Below are positions 27,735 through 38,350 of a stretch of DNA of 64,000 bases, one piece after another. The notes below the pieces were generated by a model. That model did no database searches and had not been told where the DNA came from. It saw nothing but the letters and a program-made list of their open reading frames with translations. This DNA comes from a virus. Taxonomy: Duplodnaviria; Caudoviricetes. The stretch lies in the IMG/VR virus record IMGVR_UViG_3300029288_000116, positions 31,162 to 95,161 of that record; one strand, written 5' to 3'. Both the position numbers and the translations under genes were made by a program. Each line of letters opens with the position of its first letter. Within the stretch, counting starts at the first letter, position 1.

Positions 27735-27893
27735 TTACTTATGAATTAAAGATTTTATCTTCTTTTCTATCTTATATACAACATTACCAACAGGCCCCCG
27801 TTTTTTTCTAGAATCGGCGCTAGCTTTTCTAGCGGCCTCAGACCAAGCTTCGCCTAAAAGCAATTCTATTCTATTTAGTAGTTTTGTATTCAT
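27735..27893 (-). CDS. Small putative internal head protein (52 aa)
   Basis: Not in the ORF track. MNTKLLNRIELLLGEAWSEAARKASADSRKKRGPVGNVVYKIEKKIKSLIHK; leader resembles MSKDLVKRIDLLLAE. Confidence 0.6.
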   Translation of the reverse strand: MNTKLLNRIELLLGEAWSEAARKASADSRKKRGPVGNVVYKIEKKIKSLIHK

Positions 27894-27894
27894 T

Positions 27895-28179
27895 CTATCC
27901 CCCAAAAGTTTTCTTGATATTATTTCCTACTGACTGAAATCCCTTTACCGCGATATTTTTTAACACCTCTAGTGGAAGCATTTTAAGATCTGAGTAGGCG
28001 GATTTAAGTTTTGTTTGAGCGCCTATCAGTCGTTTAAGATTTCTAGCTTCTTCACTTTCTTCTATTATGGCCTCTATTACTTGAAGGGCTGTGTCTACAC
28101 TATTAAGCATAGATACATATAAAGCTGCTGCAGAATCCTCATTTAATGTTTTATCTGAAAAATACTCTTTTAGTTCCAT
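27895..28179 (-). CDS. Putative internal head protein
   Basis: MELKEYFSDKTLNE leader; head operon. Confidence 0.55.
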   Translation of the reverse strand: MELKEYFSDKTLNEDSAAALYVSMLNSVDTALQVIEAIIEESEEARNLKRLIGAQTKLKSAYSDLKMLPLEVLKNIAVKGFQSVGNNIKKTFGG

Positions 28180-28191
28180 GAATTTATGGCC

Positions 28192-28635
28192 TTATAAGAA
28201 TTTTATGCCGGTATAAACCGCGTTCTTATTTCTTTTTCTATATGAAGGTAGGTCTATAGAATGAATCTCTGTACCTTTGGTTATTGTTATCCTGACTGGA
28301 TTATAATTGTCAAAATGTACTTTAATATCTAATGGAGTTTGGGCACTTTTAAATACCACAGTATCTCCATGTCCGGGGTTATCAGGATCGCTTTTTATAA
28401 CTCTATCGAAAGCAAAGCCTTTAGATTTTAGAGCAAAATCTATTTTGTCTCTTAGGTCTCGATAATAGTTTTTACTATCTTCTGTATTTGTTAGTTTTCC
28501 TACAAGTTTAGTGATTAAGCTAACAACGAATTTAAGAAGAACTGGAGTAGCAACAACCGCAGCAGTTTTAGCTAAAGTTGCAGTTAAGTTTTCAGCCAAA
28601 AGTAAATCTATTCTTTTTACGAGATCTTTAGACAT
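28192..28635 (-). CDS. Putative internal head protein
   Basis: MSKDLVKRIDLLLAE leader; head operon. Confidence 0.55.
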   Translation of the reverse strand: MSKDLVKRIDLLLAENLTATLAKTAAVVATPVLLKFVVSLITKLVGKLTNTEDSKNYYRDLRDKIDFALKSKGFAFDRVIKSDPDNPGHGDTVVFKSAQTPLDIKVHFDNYNPVRITITKGTEIHSIDLPSYRKRNKNAVYTGIKFL

Positions 28636-28637
28636 TT

Positions 28638-29435
28638 CTACCTTCCTACGATTTTAATAAGTTTACCGTAAGCCTGTTCTAATAGAGCTCTTGTAGCTAC
28701 TAACTCAGAATATTTTATCTTATCCCCCGATTCTTTCATTACTTTTTCCATAGTCTTTAAAGGAAAATAAGTATCAAAAGTATCAATAGTTTTGGCTAAT
28801 CCACGAACTATTACAGAACCGTTGCCCTCATCTAGTCGAGAAAGCTGATTCATTAAGAACTTGAAATACTCTTCTTTAAGTTCTTCTACATTAGGCTCGA
28901 CTTTATCTTCAGAATCATAAGTAGCAAATGTAGTACCTTCATAAATACCATTAACCCAAGATGGGTTATTTGATGGACTCGAAACTAGATCCCAAAGGAT
29001 GAGTTTATATTCGTCATTTACAACTCCAGACTCATTGACCGAGCCTAGACCTCTAGAGCTAATACCTATGGGCCCCTCTTTTAAAAGAGTCTTAGCTATC
29101 TGTCCGTTTGGGGTATCTAGAATTTTAGCCTTACCATATAAATCATCCCCCTTCCATTCAAGTTGCATTGTTCTAATAGCAACTTTGTCTAGATTGGGTT
29201 CTGGGTTTGATGGATGGCCGAGCTCTCCCCATAGAGGAATGCCCTTTTTTAGATAAGCCTCTTGGAGTTTAGTAACTTCTCTTTCTAAAATAGGTTTCTT
29301 GTAAATTCTACCATTAGCATTCTTCTTTTCGGCTGAAGAGAAGATCCCGACTACATATAGACTTTTGTCCTTAGCGTCTTCCTCAAGAACAACGTCGTAA
29401 CTGCATTCTGTTATCAGTTTTAATCTCTGGTTCAT
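28638..29435 (-). CDS. gp21: Prohead core protease
   Basis: NANGRIY, GELGHP, GKAKILDTPNG, GISSRGLGS, DLVSSPS. Confidence 0.95.
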   Translation of the reverse strand: MNQRLKLITECSYDVVLEEDAKDKSLYVVGIFSSAEKKNANGRIYKKPILEREVTKLQEAYLKKGIPLWGELGHPSNPEPNLDKVAIRTMQLEWKGDDLYGKAKILDTPNGQIAKTLLKEGPIGISSRGLGSVNESGVVNDEYKLILWDLVSSPSNNPSWVNGIYEGTTFATYDSEDKVEPNVEELKEEYFKFLMNQLSRLDEGNGSVIVRGLAKTIDTFDTYFPLKTMEKVMKESGDKIKYSELVATRALLEQAYGKLIKIVGR

Positions 29436-29455
29436 AATAGCTTCCTTTTTATTAC

Positions 29456-29647
29456 TTATTCTTTTTCGCCTTCCTCTTCCTTCTCTACTTTTACCGGATC
29501 TACTTCTTTTTCAAGGCCCACCGTGTCTTTTAAATAACTGTTCTTTGCTGCTTGAATTTCTTTTTTGAGAATTTCTTTGGCAGTCACATAATCATCTTTA
29601 CTAAATGCGTCTAGAGCATCTTTTACTTTTTCGGTGTCAACAGGCAT
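29456..29647 (-). CDS. Prohead core protein (gp67-like)
   Basis: Small acidic ORF between portal and protease. Confidence 0.55.
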   Translation of the reverse strand: MPVDTEKVKDALDAFSKDDYVTAKEILKKEIQAAKNSYLKDTVGLEKEVDPVKVEKEEEGEKE

Positions 29648-29667
29648 ATGTTATTCTCCTTATAGTT

Positions 29668-29676
29668 TATTTATTA
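29668..29676 (-). promoter_or_regulatory. Late promoter TAATAAATA
   Basis: Consensus upstream of the gp67-like gene. Confidence 0.7.
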
Positions 29677-29683
29677 AAAATTT

Positions 29684-31246
29684 CTAATATCCACCACTTT
29701 GCTGTTGTTCAAGTTTTGGATCAGGTCTGAATCCTAGTTTTATGTCTTCAGCAAACGAGGCAGCATTCGCCTTAATATCATTTTCGTCCCATTCTAAATA
29801 TTTTCTCATTAAGAAGGACTTTCCCATTTCTGGCAAATTTGCGAGTGTGAGATAATTATTGAACTTTACTTCTCTCATTATTTGTTCTTGCTTGTCCTTA
29901 TAGAAAGAAGGCTGAATCATCTTAATGGCTATATTGTCTCTAGTTAATTCGTATTCAGCTTTAAGACCCTTGAATTCTAGATGAAGTAAAAATAGATTAA
30001 GCCACTCATTACAAAAACGATTTTGCTGCCGAGAAAGAAATGTCGCCCATTTGATCTCATCTCTGCTAATTTCTCCAGCCGGGCTTCTTGAAAATAAAAT
30101 CTCTGACTCTCTATCACTTTGCATAGCAGAAACCCTAGACATAGGATATTTAAGAGACTGATACAGCTTTCTTTGAAAGTACTTAATATCTGAGAGTTCT
30201 GTAAACCCAGCTGTAGAAGATCCACCAACAGTAGAAATATCTGAACCTCTTCCCTCGCTCGACGTACTAAGAAAAAAATTGTCCTGTATAGATAAAACAT
30301 CAGGATTTTGAGTTAATCTACCAGTACTTGGATCATAACTCTGTTTCTTCATCATAGAAGACTTTACTTTTTCAACATATTTCATGGCCTTATCTCTGGG
30401 CATATTTCCTACGTCTACCTTAAATACTAGTCTCTCGGGGGCCCTCACAATTCGGTAAATAATGATAGAAGTTTCAAGTAGTTTCAGTGTATTATACGGA
30501 ACTTTTACCTTTTCCAAATACCCAAAAATCTCAGATTTAAGTCTTCCATAAATACCATAGTCTACAAGTCCTATTTGGGCTGGTTCAAATTCAATAACAT
30601 CTTTTTCTGATGGATTTACTTTTTTACCGGAATCTGGATTAAGATATTGTCTAAACTTCTTTATTTTACCTGTTATATGATCGTATTCAAAATCCATAGT
30701 TTCTGACGGAAGTTTCTTAATTCCGATAATTCCGTTTTTTTGGTTCTTTTCATCTATTATTCTTTCATAGTAAAATCTACCATCAATAAAATAGCTTCTA
30801 AAATAATCATAACAGTTTTCATGGAGTTTAAGTTTATTATAGAATAAATCGTCGAATTCCTCTTGAAGTTTATCTATAATATTCTTATTCTTTTTAAGAT
30901 CTTCCTCTTGAATATCGAGCACTAAAACTTTGCCTTCTAGATCTTCTTGGGTAGATTCTATACAAGCATCTTCAATAACGTCTGCGATTTCTGGCATTTC
31001 AGCGATGTTTCTATAGTTTAAAATTTTTGCTCTTTCATTATCGAAAGTTTTATTTATGTAGTGGGCGTAGAACAAATTAAAACTTGAAGTTGACAAAGCC
31101 GAAAATTGTGGTAGAAACTCTAACCCCTCACCTGACATATTCTTGGCAATTTTCGGTGTTAGCGTAGTTCCGCCCTTGTTTTTAAAGGCTGCTATTGACT
31201 CATCCAACTTACTTACATAATTTTTTACGCCAGATAATATTCCCAT
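29684..31246 (-). CDS. gp20: Portal vertex protein
   Basis: IIYRIVRAPERLVFKVDVGNMP, DIKYFQRKLY, EISRDEIK. Confidence 0.97.
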   Translation of the reverse strand: MGILSGVKNYVSKLDESIAAFKNKGGTTLTPKIAKNMSGEGLEFLPQFSALSTSSFNLFYAHYINKTFDNERAKILNYRNIAEMPEIADVIEDACIESTQEDLEGKVLVLDIQEEDLKKNKNIIDKLQEEFDDLFYNKLKLHENCYDYFRSYFIDGRFYYERIIDEKNQKNGIIGIKKLPSETMDFEYDHITGKIKKFRQYLNPDSGKKVNPSEKDVIEFEPAQIGLVDYGIYGRLKSEIFGYLEKVKVPYNTLKLLETSIIIYRIVRAPERLVFKVDVGNMPRDKAMKYVEKVKSSMMKKQSYDPSTGRLTQNPDVLSIQDNFFLSTSSEGRGSDISTVGGSSTAGFTELSDIKYFQRKLYQSLKYPMSRVSAMQSDRESEILFSRSPAGEISRDEIKWATFLSRQQNRFCNEWLNLFLLHLEFKGLKAEYELTRDNIAIKMIQPSFYKDKQEQIMREVKFNNYLTLANLPEMGKSFLMRKYLEWDENDIKANAASFAEDIKLGFRPDPKLEQQQSGGY

Positions 31247-31403
31247 TTTATACTCCTAAGTATTTTGTACAGTTTATTTTACACATAATAATCAAAAATC
31301 AACAAATTCCAAACTTGATAAGTACGAACGGTTTCACGAATATGCCGGTCTATATACTCTCGATTAATAATGTTATGTTCTAATAATAAATAGCTAAGAA
31401 ATT

Positions 31404-31856
31404 TCATTTTATTCCTAAACTTTTTTCAGTCAGTATCTTAAATTCTATTCCATTCTTTTTACAATATTCATCTGCTGCTTTCCATTTAGCCAAATTCCTA
31501 GTATAAGTAACCCATTCTTTTAAATAGTATGAGTCGTTTTTTTTTCTCGCCGGAACCTTACATTCTTTTTCTGGTTTGATTTCTATAATGTAGTTGTTAA
31601 TATTGCCGTCTTTTGTTTTAATTCTTACCATAAAATCTGGATAATAAGATCTAGATTTCTTTTTAACAACATCGTAGTATAAAATCCTAATTGATTCACT
31701 AGACCATAGTATTATAGAAGATGTCTTGTCACAATATTCACAAAATTTACGTTCCCATGAAGATCTACAAACAGCATGAGTCCCTACGAACTTATCTAGA
31801 TTCTTTGGAACAAATATTGTATGACCTTTACCAACTTTATTTTTTATCCAACTCAT
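31404..31856 (-). CDS. gp4: Head completion nuclease (TnsA-like)
   Basis: RSSWERKF, WSSE, YYPDF, IEIKP, NLAKWKAA. Confidence 0.9.
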   Translation of the reverse strand: MSWIKNKVGKGHTIFVPKNLDKFVGTHAVCRSSWERKFCEYCDKTSSIILWSSESIRILYYDVVKKKSRSYYPDFMVRIKTKDGNINNYIIEIKPEKECKVPARKKNDSYYLKEWVTYTRNLAKWKAADEYCKKNGIEFKILTEKSLGIK

Positions 31857-32872
31857 GTTTTTATAATATAATTAATTACCAAATATGGTTGTAAATTATT
31901 ATGCGCAGTCCCGCCGCCGGTAGAAGAAGTTTGATTTTCACCAAGAAAACATGTAAAACCGCTGCCAGCGGGAACAATATTTCCTCCAGTAAGCATTACT
32001 GCGGTATGTGTATGCGAAGGTATTTCATTAGTGATTAAGGTGTGTGTAGCTGCTCCACCTGTTTGACCTAAAGAAGTAAAATTAGCATCTAAAGAATTTT
32101 TGCCTACTGGAATAATACCTCTTAAATCTGGAACATTAAATGTTGTTGTACCGTCTCCAACACCATATGTTGTATTCGTAATAGCGAATAAATCAGCATA
32201 TGTAGTTCTTGATACAGCAGAACCATCACAAAGCAAAAATCCTGTAGGAGCAGAAAGCCCAGCATATGGAAATATAGAACCCTTAGGAATCAAATCTGTA
32301 ACATCATCAACATACTTCTTATTAGCGACTTGATAGTCTTCAGTAGGAGCTTCGCTCGGGGTTAAAGGAAATGCTTGAAAAGTTATTGTGTTTCCTGCTG
32401 TACCATCCCATTCAGAATACACCAAAACCGTAGTAGCTCCTACTGTTATAGTTCCAGAACCCGTAAATATTTGATATGGACCTGCGATAACCGGCCCGCT
32501 AAATGTTATTGAAGACCCAGATGCTACACTAATAGTAGCCCCGGCCATAACATAAACTGACACATTAGTAGGAATGCTAATACTTCCAGAAATTGTCCAT
32601 ATTCCTGGTACTAATACTAAAGTTCTGGTATTTGGAGACATAAGAGCGATAGCGGCTATAGCAGCAGCTATTGTAACCTGGTCTTTCGATGTTCCATATA
32701 TCCTAGCATCTACCCATGGGCCCATAGATATGATGTCTGCTGGCTTTATCGCTGTTATATTGTAGCTACCATCAAAAAGTTCTTGAATATATTCCCCAGA
32801 GACACCAGTAGGGATTTGAACTATATCAGCGTCTGAATATCCATTGATTATGTTGGTTTTTAATTCTGACAT
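31853..32872 (-). CDS. Tail fibre/collar-domain protein
   Basis: PTGFLLCDGSAVSRTTYADLFA...FNVPDLRG; HNNLQPYLVINYIIK. Confidence 0.85.
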   Translation of the reverse strand: MSELKTNIINGYSDADIVQIPTGVSGEYIQELFDGSYNITAIKPADIISMGPWVDARIYGTSKDQVTIAAAIAAIALMSPNTRTLVLVPGIWTISGSISIPTNVSVYVMAGATISVASGSSITFSGPVIAGPYQIFTGSGTITVGATTVLVYSEWDGTAGNTITFQAFPLTPSEAPTEDYQVANKKYVDDVTDLIPKGSIFPYAGLSAPTGFLLCDGSAVSRTTYADLFAITNTTYGVGDGTTTFNVPDLRGIIPVGKNSLDANFTSLGQTGGAATHTLITNEIPSHTHTAVMLTGGNIVPAGSGFTCFLGENQTSSTGGGTAHNNLQPYLVINYIIKT

Positions 32873-32884
32873 CTATTTAAGCTC

Positions 32885-34438
32885 CTATATTATTGAAGGG
32901 GTATTTAACCATGTCCAATCTGCGAGATCTGTTGAATCTGTGAGGATACCCCATACATCATCTTCCTCTTCTTTCTTACCAAACTCAAAACTTTCATCCA
33001 ATATATCTAATGTTAAAGCATATGTTGCCCAATATAGAGCTGATACTAAATCATCATTGAGATTATTACAAGTAAATTTTCCGCTTTTCTCTGAATAGTC
33101 ATTCAACTGCTCTAACGTATCACGATCCAGAAGTTCAAGACTGTAATCCTCAATCAGCTTTTTCATTAACAAAACAGCCTTAGGTTTTGTATTTCTTGTT
33201 GCTCTTATTCCTAGATCTGTGGTCTTTGATCCGCAATTATAAAGTTTTGAATATTCTAGTTCCCACCAAAGTTGATTTACCACAGCAGAACCTTCTGCAT
33301 TATTTTCACAAATAATCCAAGCCCCATTATAATAAACGCCAAGACGATTAAGTATCTCTGCATATTTATATACATCCACCATATTATCGTTAAATACTGC
33401 TACCTGTTTTAACTTAATAGGTTTTAAACTTATAACCTTTAAAATTTGGGTGCTGGAATAATGTTCTCCGGTTCCTTTAGCTGTATCAGCTCCAATAACA
33501 TATACACAACCATCTATAGGCTTCTCATATACAAAAAGTTTACCATTTAAGTCCTTTGTAATTGGCTGTATATATTTATTAGAAATTTGCTTTAAAACTT
33601 CTGGATCAATTACTGTAGAGATAGAGCCGACGAAGGAACATTCAAATTCTTGATTAAAGAGGACCATATCATTATTCATATTCTTAAGTTGGTCTTCTTT
33701 CCACTTCTCGTCTCTTCCTTCTACATCACTCCAGATAGTTTTATAATACTTAAATTCATTTCTGTTATTTACAGCCCCATCCCATAGTTGGCCAAATAAA
33801 TTAAACAGGCCTTTTGGAGTAGAAGCTATGATAATTTTAGCATCTTTTGAAGCAGAAACAGCTGGATAGTTAGACGCCCAAAACTCAGCGGCCAGCTTAT
33901 CACTGGTCAAGTGAGCGAACTCATCTAATATTAGCAGTGTAATTGTTCTCCCCCTGAAGGCTGCTTTAGAAGTTGCTGCTGTTTGTATTGTACTTCCGTT
34001 CTCAAACGTTATTGAGGTCTCGTTATACTTAGTAATTCCAGGTTTTAGTTTTTCATCAAGTTCCTCGTACATTAGTTTTATGCGCTGGAGGAAGTCTTGA
34101 GCTGATCTTGCAGAGTTTGATCCTATAGCGACATATGAATCTGGCCTAAATATTGCATACCAAAGAGAATAGGATCCCATAGAAACCGTTTTTCCTTGTT
34201 GGCGCCCTGAGCAAATTATTACTCTATTGTTATTTAAAACTAAATCGAAAATATCTCTTTGATATTTTCTAGGAATAAATTCTACTCTACCGTCATCAGG
34301 GTGAAGAATGGTTACATGAGATAAGAAATAGTAAAAGTCTTCAGAACATCTAGTAAGTCGATCTATATCTTCCTTAGAATATTCGAGTTCAGTATTTGGT
34401 TTTTTTATAAAACCGAATTCATCGTATTTTATTGTCAT
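32885..34438 (-). CDS. gp17: Terminase large subunit
   Basis: GRQQGKT, LILDEFAH, ASTPKG, FNQEFEC, DDLVSAL. Confidence 0.97.
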   Translation of the reverse strand: MTIKYDEFGFIKKPNTELEYSKEDIDRLTRCSEDFYYFLSHVTILHPDDGRVEFIPRKYQRDIFDLVLNNNRVIICSGRQQGKTVSMGSYSLWYAIFRPDSYVAIGSNSARSAQDFLQRIKLMYEELDEKLKPGITKYNETSITFENGSTIQTAATSKAAFRGRTITLLILDEFAHLTSDKLAAEFWASNYPAVSASKDAKIIIASTPKGLFNLFGQLWDGAVNNRNEFKYYKTIWSDVEGRDEKWKEDQLKNMNNDMVLFNQEFECSFVGSISTVIDPEVLKQISNKYIQPITKDLNGKLFVYEKPIDGCVYVIGADTAKGTGEHYSSTQILKVISLKPIKLKQVAVFNDNMVDVYKYAEILNRLGVYYNGAWIICENNAEGSAVVNQLWWELEYSKLYNCGSKTTDLGIRATRNTKPKAVLLMKKLIEDYSLELLDRDTLEQLNDYSEKSGKFTCNNLNDDLVSALYWATYALTLDILDESFEFGKKEEEDDVWGILTDSTDLADWTWLNTPSII

Positions 34439-34441
34439 AAA

Positions 34442-35995
34442 TTATTTACTCTTTATGTAATTATAAATTTCTTGCCCACTGTTTACAATAATTTCTATTC
34501 CATCCTTTTTATAATTAAGTTTAGAATAATTAATTTCTTTGGAGTGGTAAGGGGGTTCTTCTAAAGACATGAGAATTTCGCGCTCATAGTCTACTAATTC
34601 AAACTCAAATGTATTAGGATCAAATTTAGATTTAAAATAGAGACCTTCATATTTAATTATTCCTTTGTCCCAAGTTCCGCCTTCCCACCTACCGTTTTCC
34701 CAAATTCCTTTAGTCCAATGCCCTCCTTTCCAAATACCATTAGACCAAATACCATTAGACCAAATACCATTAGACCAAATACCTCGTTCCCATGTACCAT
34801 TAGTCCAAACTCCTTTGTCCCAAGTGCCGTTTTTCCAGGTACCTCGTTCCCATGTACCATTTAACCATAGACCATTTAACCATAGACCATTGTGCCACGT
34901 GCCGCTAGCCCACGTGCCGCTAACCCAAGTTCCATCTTCCCACCTACCATTTTTCCATATACCATTATTAAAAATACCTTTTTTCCAAACACCATCTTCC
35001 CAAACACCATCTTCCCAAACACCATCTTCCCAAACACCACGAAAAAACCATTTTCCATGAGATTTTGTTAATTCTAATCTACCTTTAAGATCTTTAGCTT
35101 TTAAAATCCATAGTTCGTCTTTAAGAACCTGATCCCATGTAGTTCCATTGGTCAATGTAATATATTTCTTAAGTTCTTCCACCCTAGCGGGCAGTCTTAC
35201 GATAGTTGTTTTATCAACTTCATGATAAACTCTGTCAGACAATTTAAATATACCCTGTATCTTTGATTGAACACTTTCTAACCATTTTTCTACAGCCTCT
35301 TTAAATCCTGTAAGAGTTTCTAAGGGATATGTTCTAGAAGCTATTCCTAAATAGACTCTCTTTGTTTTATCAAAGTATGGTTTAATCATTATTCTAGCTA
35401 TAGGCCTTTTAATATTCTTGTCATCATCCTTAATTAAATATGCTATAATACTTCCCTCTGCAATTTCTTTTGGAACATATTTTTGATACTCTCCACCATT
35501 AGGGCCCAAAGTCATACATGACTCCCAGTCTCTACCTGTGGACATTCCTGCTATATCATACGGATGTCTAGAAATAGCTATTAAAAGTTTATTAGAAGTT
35601 CCTGCCATCCTACCATAATCATTATTAAATTTGTTTAAGAGATCTTTTATATCTCCTTTAGCAAATCCCATTTCTTCGGGTTTCAATTTTTGTAAAACTT
35701 TTCCTATTTTCTGTTCGCGTATTTCACCTTTCTTTTTACAAAGACCTTTTAAATAATCGGTAATTTCATACCCAAAAACATTTAAAAATCTGTTTAGCGC
35801 GTGGGCAATAGGATTATTGAGACCACTATCTATATTAATTTTAGGGGGCGTAAATGGTATGTAGATCCTATATTTACCGCCAAATAGAGAGTCGTATCGC
35901 GACTTGTTCCAATTTCGAGAAAGTTCTTTAGCTGTTGATAAAGGTAAAGTTTCATTTATCAAAGTTATGAAATATATTAATTTCTCTAAAATCAT
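34442..35995 (-). CDS. Hypothetical protein with WxxGx pentapeptide repeats
   Basis: ISRHPYDIAGMSTGRDWESCM domain plus about 25 W-x-x-G-x repeats. Confidence 0.75.
   Translation of the reverse strand: MILEKLIYFITLINETLPLSTAKELSRNWNKSRYDSLFGGKYRIYIPFTPPKINIDSGLNNPIAHALNRFLNVFGYEITDYLKGLCKKKGEIREQKIGKVLQKLKPEEMGFAKGDIKDLLNKFNNDYGRMAGTSNKLLIAISRHPYDIAGMSTGRDWESCMTLGPNGGEYQKYVPKEIAEGSIIAYLIKDDDKNIKRPIARIMIKPYFDKTKRVYLGIASRTYPLETLTGFKEAVEKWLESVQSKIQGIFKLSDRVYHEVDKTTIVRLPARVEELKKYITLTNGTTWDQVLKDELWILKAKDLKGRLELTKSHGKWFFRGVWEDGVWEDGVWEDGVWKKGIFNNGIWKNGRWEDGTWVSGTWASGTWHNGLWLNGLWLNGTWERGTWKNGTWDKGVWTNGTWERGIWSNGIWSNGIWSNGIWKGGHWTKGIWENGRWEGGTWDKGIIKYEGLYFKSKFDPNTFEFELVDYEREILMSLEEPPYHSKEINYSKLNYKKDGIEIIVNSGQEIYNYIKSK
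34665..35040 (-). repeat. 15-bp period coding tandem repeat (WxxGx)
   Basis: e.g. caaataccattagac x3 and caaacaccatcttcc x3. Confidence 0.85.
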
Positions 35996-36802
35996 TTACT
36001 TTATCCTTGTATATACACCGCAATGGTCAGAGACAAAAGGGCCATTAGCGCCATTAAATATAATCTTCGTTTCCAGTATTTTAAACTCTGAACCTATAAA
36101 AATGTAATCTATTTTGTAATCATTTCTGCCTACATAATCACAATATGGGTTGTTCCGAGCGCCATATGTACTGCCCTCTATTTCACAATCTATATATTTA
36201 ATATTCAATAACCTATATGCCTGAGAGTCAGAAAGATAATTAAAATCTCCACCAAATATAACAAGATCCTCTAAATATTTACGTAGCATAAAGGATTGAA
36301 CATATAAGTCATAATTGCCTAGATGAGTAGAATAGAAGTTAATATCCCCCATTAGTGGAATATTAATTTTAGCTTTTACAATAGGTCTTTTGGAAAACAT
36401 TACATAATTAGTAGCGAATTCTATAGCCCATTCTTTCCAAGTAGTCGATTCTTTTAACTTAAATTTGGTTAAAAGTCTTTCATAATCTTTTTCAAGTATA
36501 GGGTGTTCTGAAATTATTCCAACCTTAAAATCTGCGAACGGTCTTACATACCATACTGAACAAGATTTAGAGTAATAATAAAATTTCTTACCTAATTTCT
36601 TTTCTAGTTTTTTGGCTAGTAGTCTTATAGAATTAAATGTTAGGTTAACTAACCCTCCGCAACCTTCTTGAATAAGAAAAACTTCTGGCCTTTCATCCAT
36701 AATACTTATATATTCTACAATATCATTAAGTCTAGATCTCATAGAAGACCCTGGAGCCTTTTGCATAAGGTTTAAAGTAAGAATATTTAACATAGCGTTC
36801 AC
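35996..36802 (-). CDS. Endonuclease/exonuclease/phosphatase-family protein
   Basis: TLN, IQE, STHL, GGDFN, IDYIF, SDH. Confidence 0.9.
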   Translation of the reverse strand: MNAMLNILTLNLMQKAPGSSMRSRLNDIVEYISIMDERPEVFLIQEGCGGLVNLTFNSIRLLAKKLEKKLGKKFYYYSKSCSVWYVRPFADFKVGIISEHPILEKDYERLLTKFKLKESTTWKEWAIEFATNYVMFSKRPIVKAKINIPLMGDINFYSTHLGNYDLYVQSFMLRKYLEDLVIFGGDFNYLSDSQAYRLLNIKYIDCEIEGSTYGARNNPYCDYVGRNDYKIDYIFIGSEFKILETKIIFNGANGPFVSDHCGVYTRIK

Positions 36803-36813
36803 CTCATTTAATA

Positions 36814-36828
36814 TATTTATTATAAATA
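36814..36828. promoter_or_regulatory. Back-to-back divergent late promoters
   Basis: TAATAAATA on minus (36814-36822) overlapping TATAAATA on plus (36821-36828). Confidence 0.7.
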
Positions 36829-36846
36829 GCTATAAATGGAGGTTAA

Positions 36847-37245
36847 ATGATGTCTGAATATACTTTTCCAAAAGTAAATTTTGCCAATACAAACCCAACA
36901 GTTAATAGCGATTTGACTAAGGGATATATTAAGGGCTGTTTATTAATTAACGAAGCTACTGGGGATGCATTTAGATGTATAGATGATACCACTGGTGCAG
37001 CTAGATGGCTTAAGCTTGTAGAATATTTAGATCCTTTAGAGGCCATAACCACAAGTTACCAAACAGAAATAGACAATGGATATGCTGCTGGGGATGTGTT
37101 TATCACCCCACAGATATACCATCAAAAAAATACTGTAGATTATGATGTAACGATTCCTGGAAATGCTATGAGCTCTGGTCCTATTACTATAGCAGTAGGC
37201 AAAACTGTCACGGTTGGGACTAATGGAGTTTGGACAATAGTCTAA
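36847..37245 (+). CDS. Putative virion structural protein
   Basis: Late promoter; NAMSSGPITIAVGKTVTVGTNGVWTIV beta-rich tail. Confidence 0.55.
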   Translation: MMSEYTFPKVNFANTNPTVNSDLTKGYIKGCLLINEATGDAFRCIDDTTGAARWLKLVEYLDPLEAITTSYQTEIDNGYAAGDVFITPQIYHQKNTVDYDVTIPGNAMSSGPITIAVGKTVTVGTNGVWTIV

Positions 37246-37694
37246 TGAAATTCCTTAATTATTTATCTGAAGAATGGGTTACTTCTGTTAAAAACTTCAA
37301 AAGAGTTTCAGATATTTTTGTAAATCCTAATTCTAAAGAATTAAAAGAGATAGAGAGGAAGAGTTGGGGTGGGCAAGTTAGATTTTTAGCAGATTTTAAA
37401 GAAAAGAAATTATATGTATGGTCAAGTGAACTAATACATTATCTTGCTATAGTAGCATTAGCAGATGAGAACCTATTATCTTCAGAAGACTTTGATCTTG
37501 TTGGTAAATATTGTGTTCCTGGAATTGGTGTTATTATAGGTAATAAAATAAAATTTGAAGAATTTTATGATGGGGCTACACAAAGACAATTGAAGAATGT
37601 TGATTGGAGAAAAAAAGACGGGAAATGGCTCGATAGGAATTTTATCGAGCCATTTCTTAAAACTGCAGAAAAACTTATTAGTGAACTACCTTAG
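37245..37694 (+). CDS. Putative internal head protein
   Basis: MKFLNYLSEE leader. Confidence 0.55.
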   Translation: MKFLNYLSEEWVTSVKNFKRVSDIFVNPNSKELKEIERKSWGGQVRFLADFKEKKLYVWSSELIHYLAIVALADENLLSSEDFDLVGKYCVPGIGVIIGNKIKFEEFYDGATQRQLKNVDWRKKDGKWLDRNFIEPFLKTAEKLISELP

Positions 37695-37918
37695 AGATAT
37701 AGTTTCGGAAAACCCTTCATTCCTCCTTTAAACCAAATATCCCAAGCTTCTGCCCAATCTTCTCTGTAATCTTCTGGGAAAAGCAAAGGATCTTCTCCTC
37801 TACAATTTAATACTGGGCATCTAAGGCACAAAGCATCTTGTCCGTATAGCATAATATCATTTTTTAAACTACAATTTTCTGGGCACTTATCTGGAAGTTC
37901 TATTTTCCCTATTTTCAT
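37691..37918 (-). CDS. Hypothetical Cys-rich protein
   Basis: MKIGKIELPDKCPENC...CLRCP. Confidence 0.5.
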   Translation of the reverse strand: MKIGKIELPDKCPENCSLKNDIMLYGQDALCLRCPVLNCRGEDPLLFPEDYREDWAEAWDIWFKGGMKGFPKLYL

Positions 37919-37919
37919 A

Positions 37920-38348
37920 TTAGCACCACATACTCGAAAGCCACCATTTCGGCTCTTCATAAGGAAGTTCCATAATTTTGCAAAAATCTTCTAATAAAGA
38001 GTTCCAATTTTCTCCAACATCCAAAGACTCTACTATAGTTGGGCATCCTCTCGATGCATGCTTAACAGACTCTTTAATACATACATAGTAAATAGGATAA
38101 TCACAAGAACAATGAGAATCAACTTCACATTTACATTCTTTTATTAACACTCGTTTTTTATCCCAATACTCTTTATATATTGACTTTGTATTCTCATCAT
38201 ACTCTTCAATAGGGTGAAATACTCCCATTTCATTAGCATAAAAGTCTTCCCAATATAACTCCTCATCTATCTCTTTTTGCCATGGAAGTTCATACCCTTC
38301 TTCAAGTTGTATGCCATAATACAGATATGCATCAGTTGACTGTCCCAT
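37920..38348 (-). CDS. Hypothetical protein
   Basis: MGQSTDAYLYYG N-terminus; SD. Confidence 0.6.
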   Translation of the reverse strand: MGQSTDAYLYYGIQLEEGYELPWQKEIDEELYWEDFYANEMGVFHPIEEYDENTKSIYKEYWDKKRVLIKECKCEVDSHCSCDYPIYYVCIKESVKHASRGCPTIVESLDVGENWNSLLEDFCKIMELPYEEPKWWLSSMWC

Positions 38349-38350
38349 AT

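Noticed and set aside
31195-31400. Plus-strand ORF and TAATAAATA at 31384 between gp20 and gp4
   Set aside because: TTG start overlapping gp20 antisense, no SD; the late-like box points antisense into gp4 and may be chance in AT-rich DNA.
34657-35060. ORFs 34657-34860, 34665-35060 and 34876-35058
   Set aside because: Alternative-frame shadows of the WxxGx repeat.
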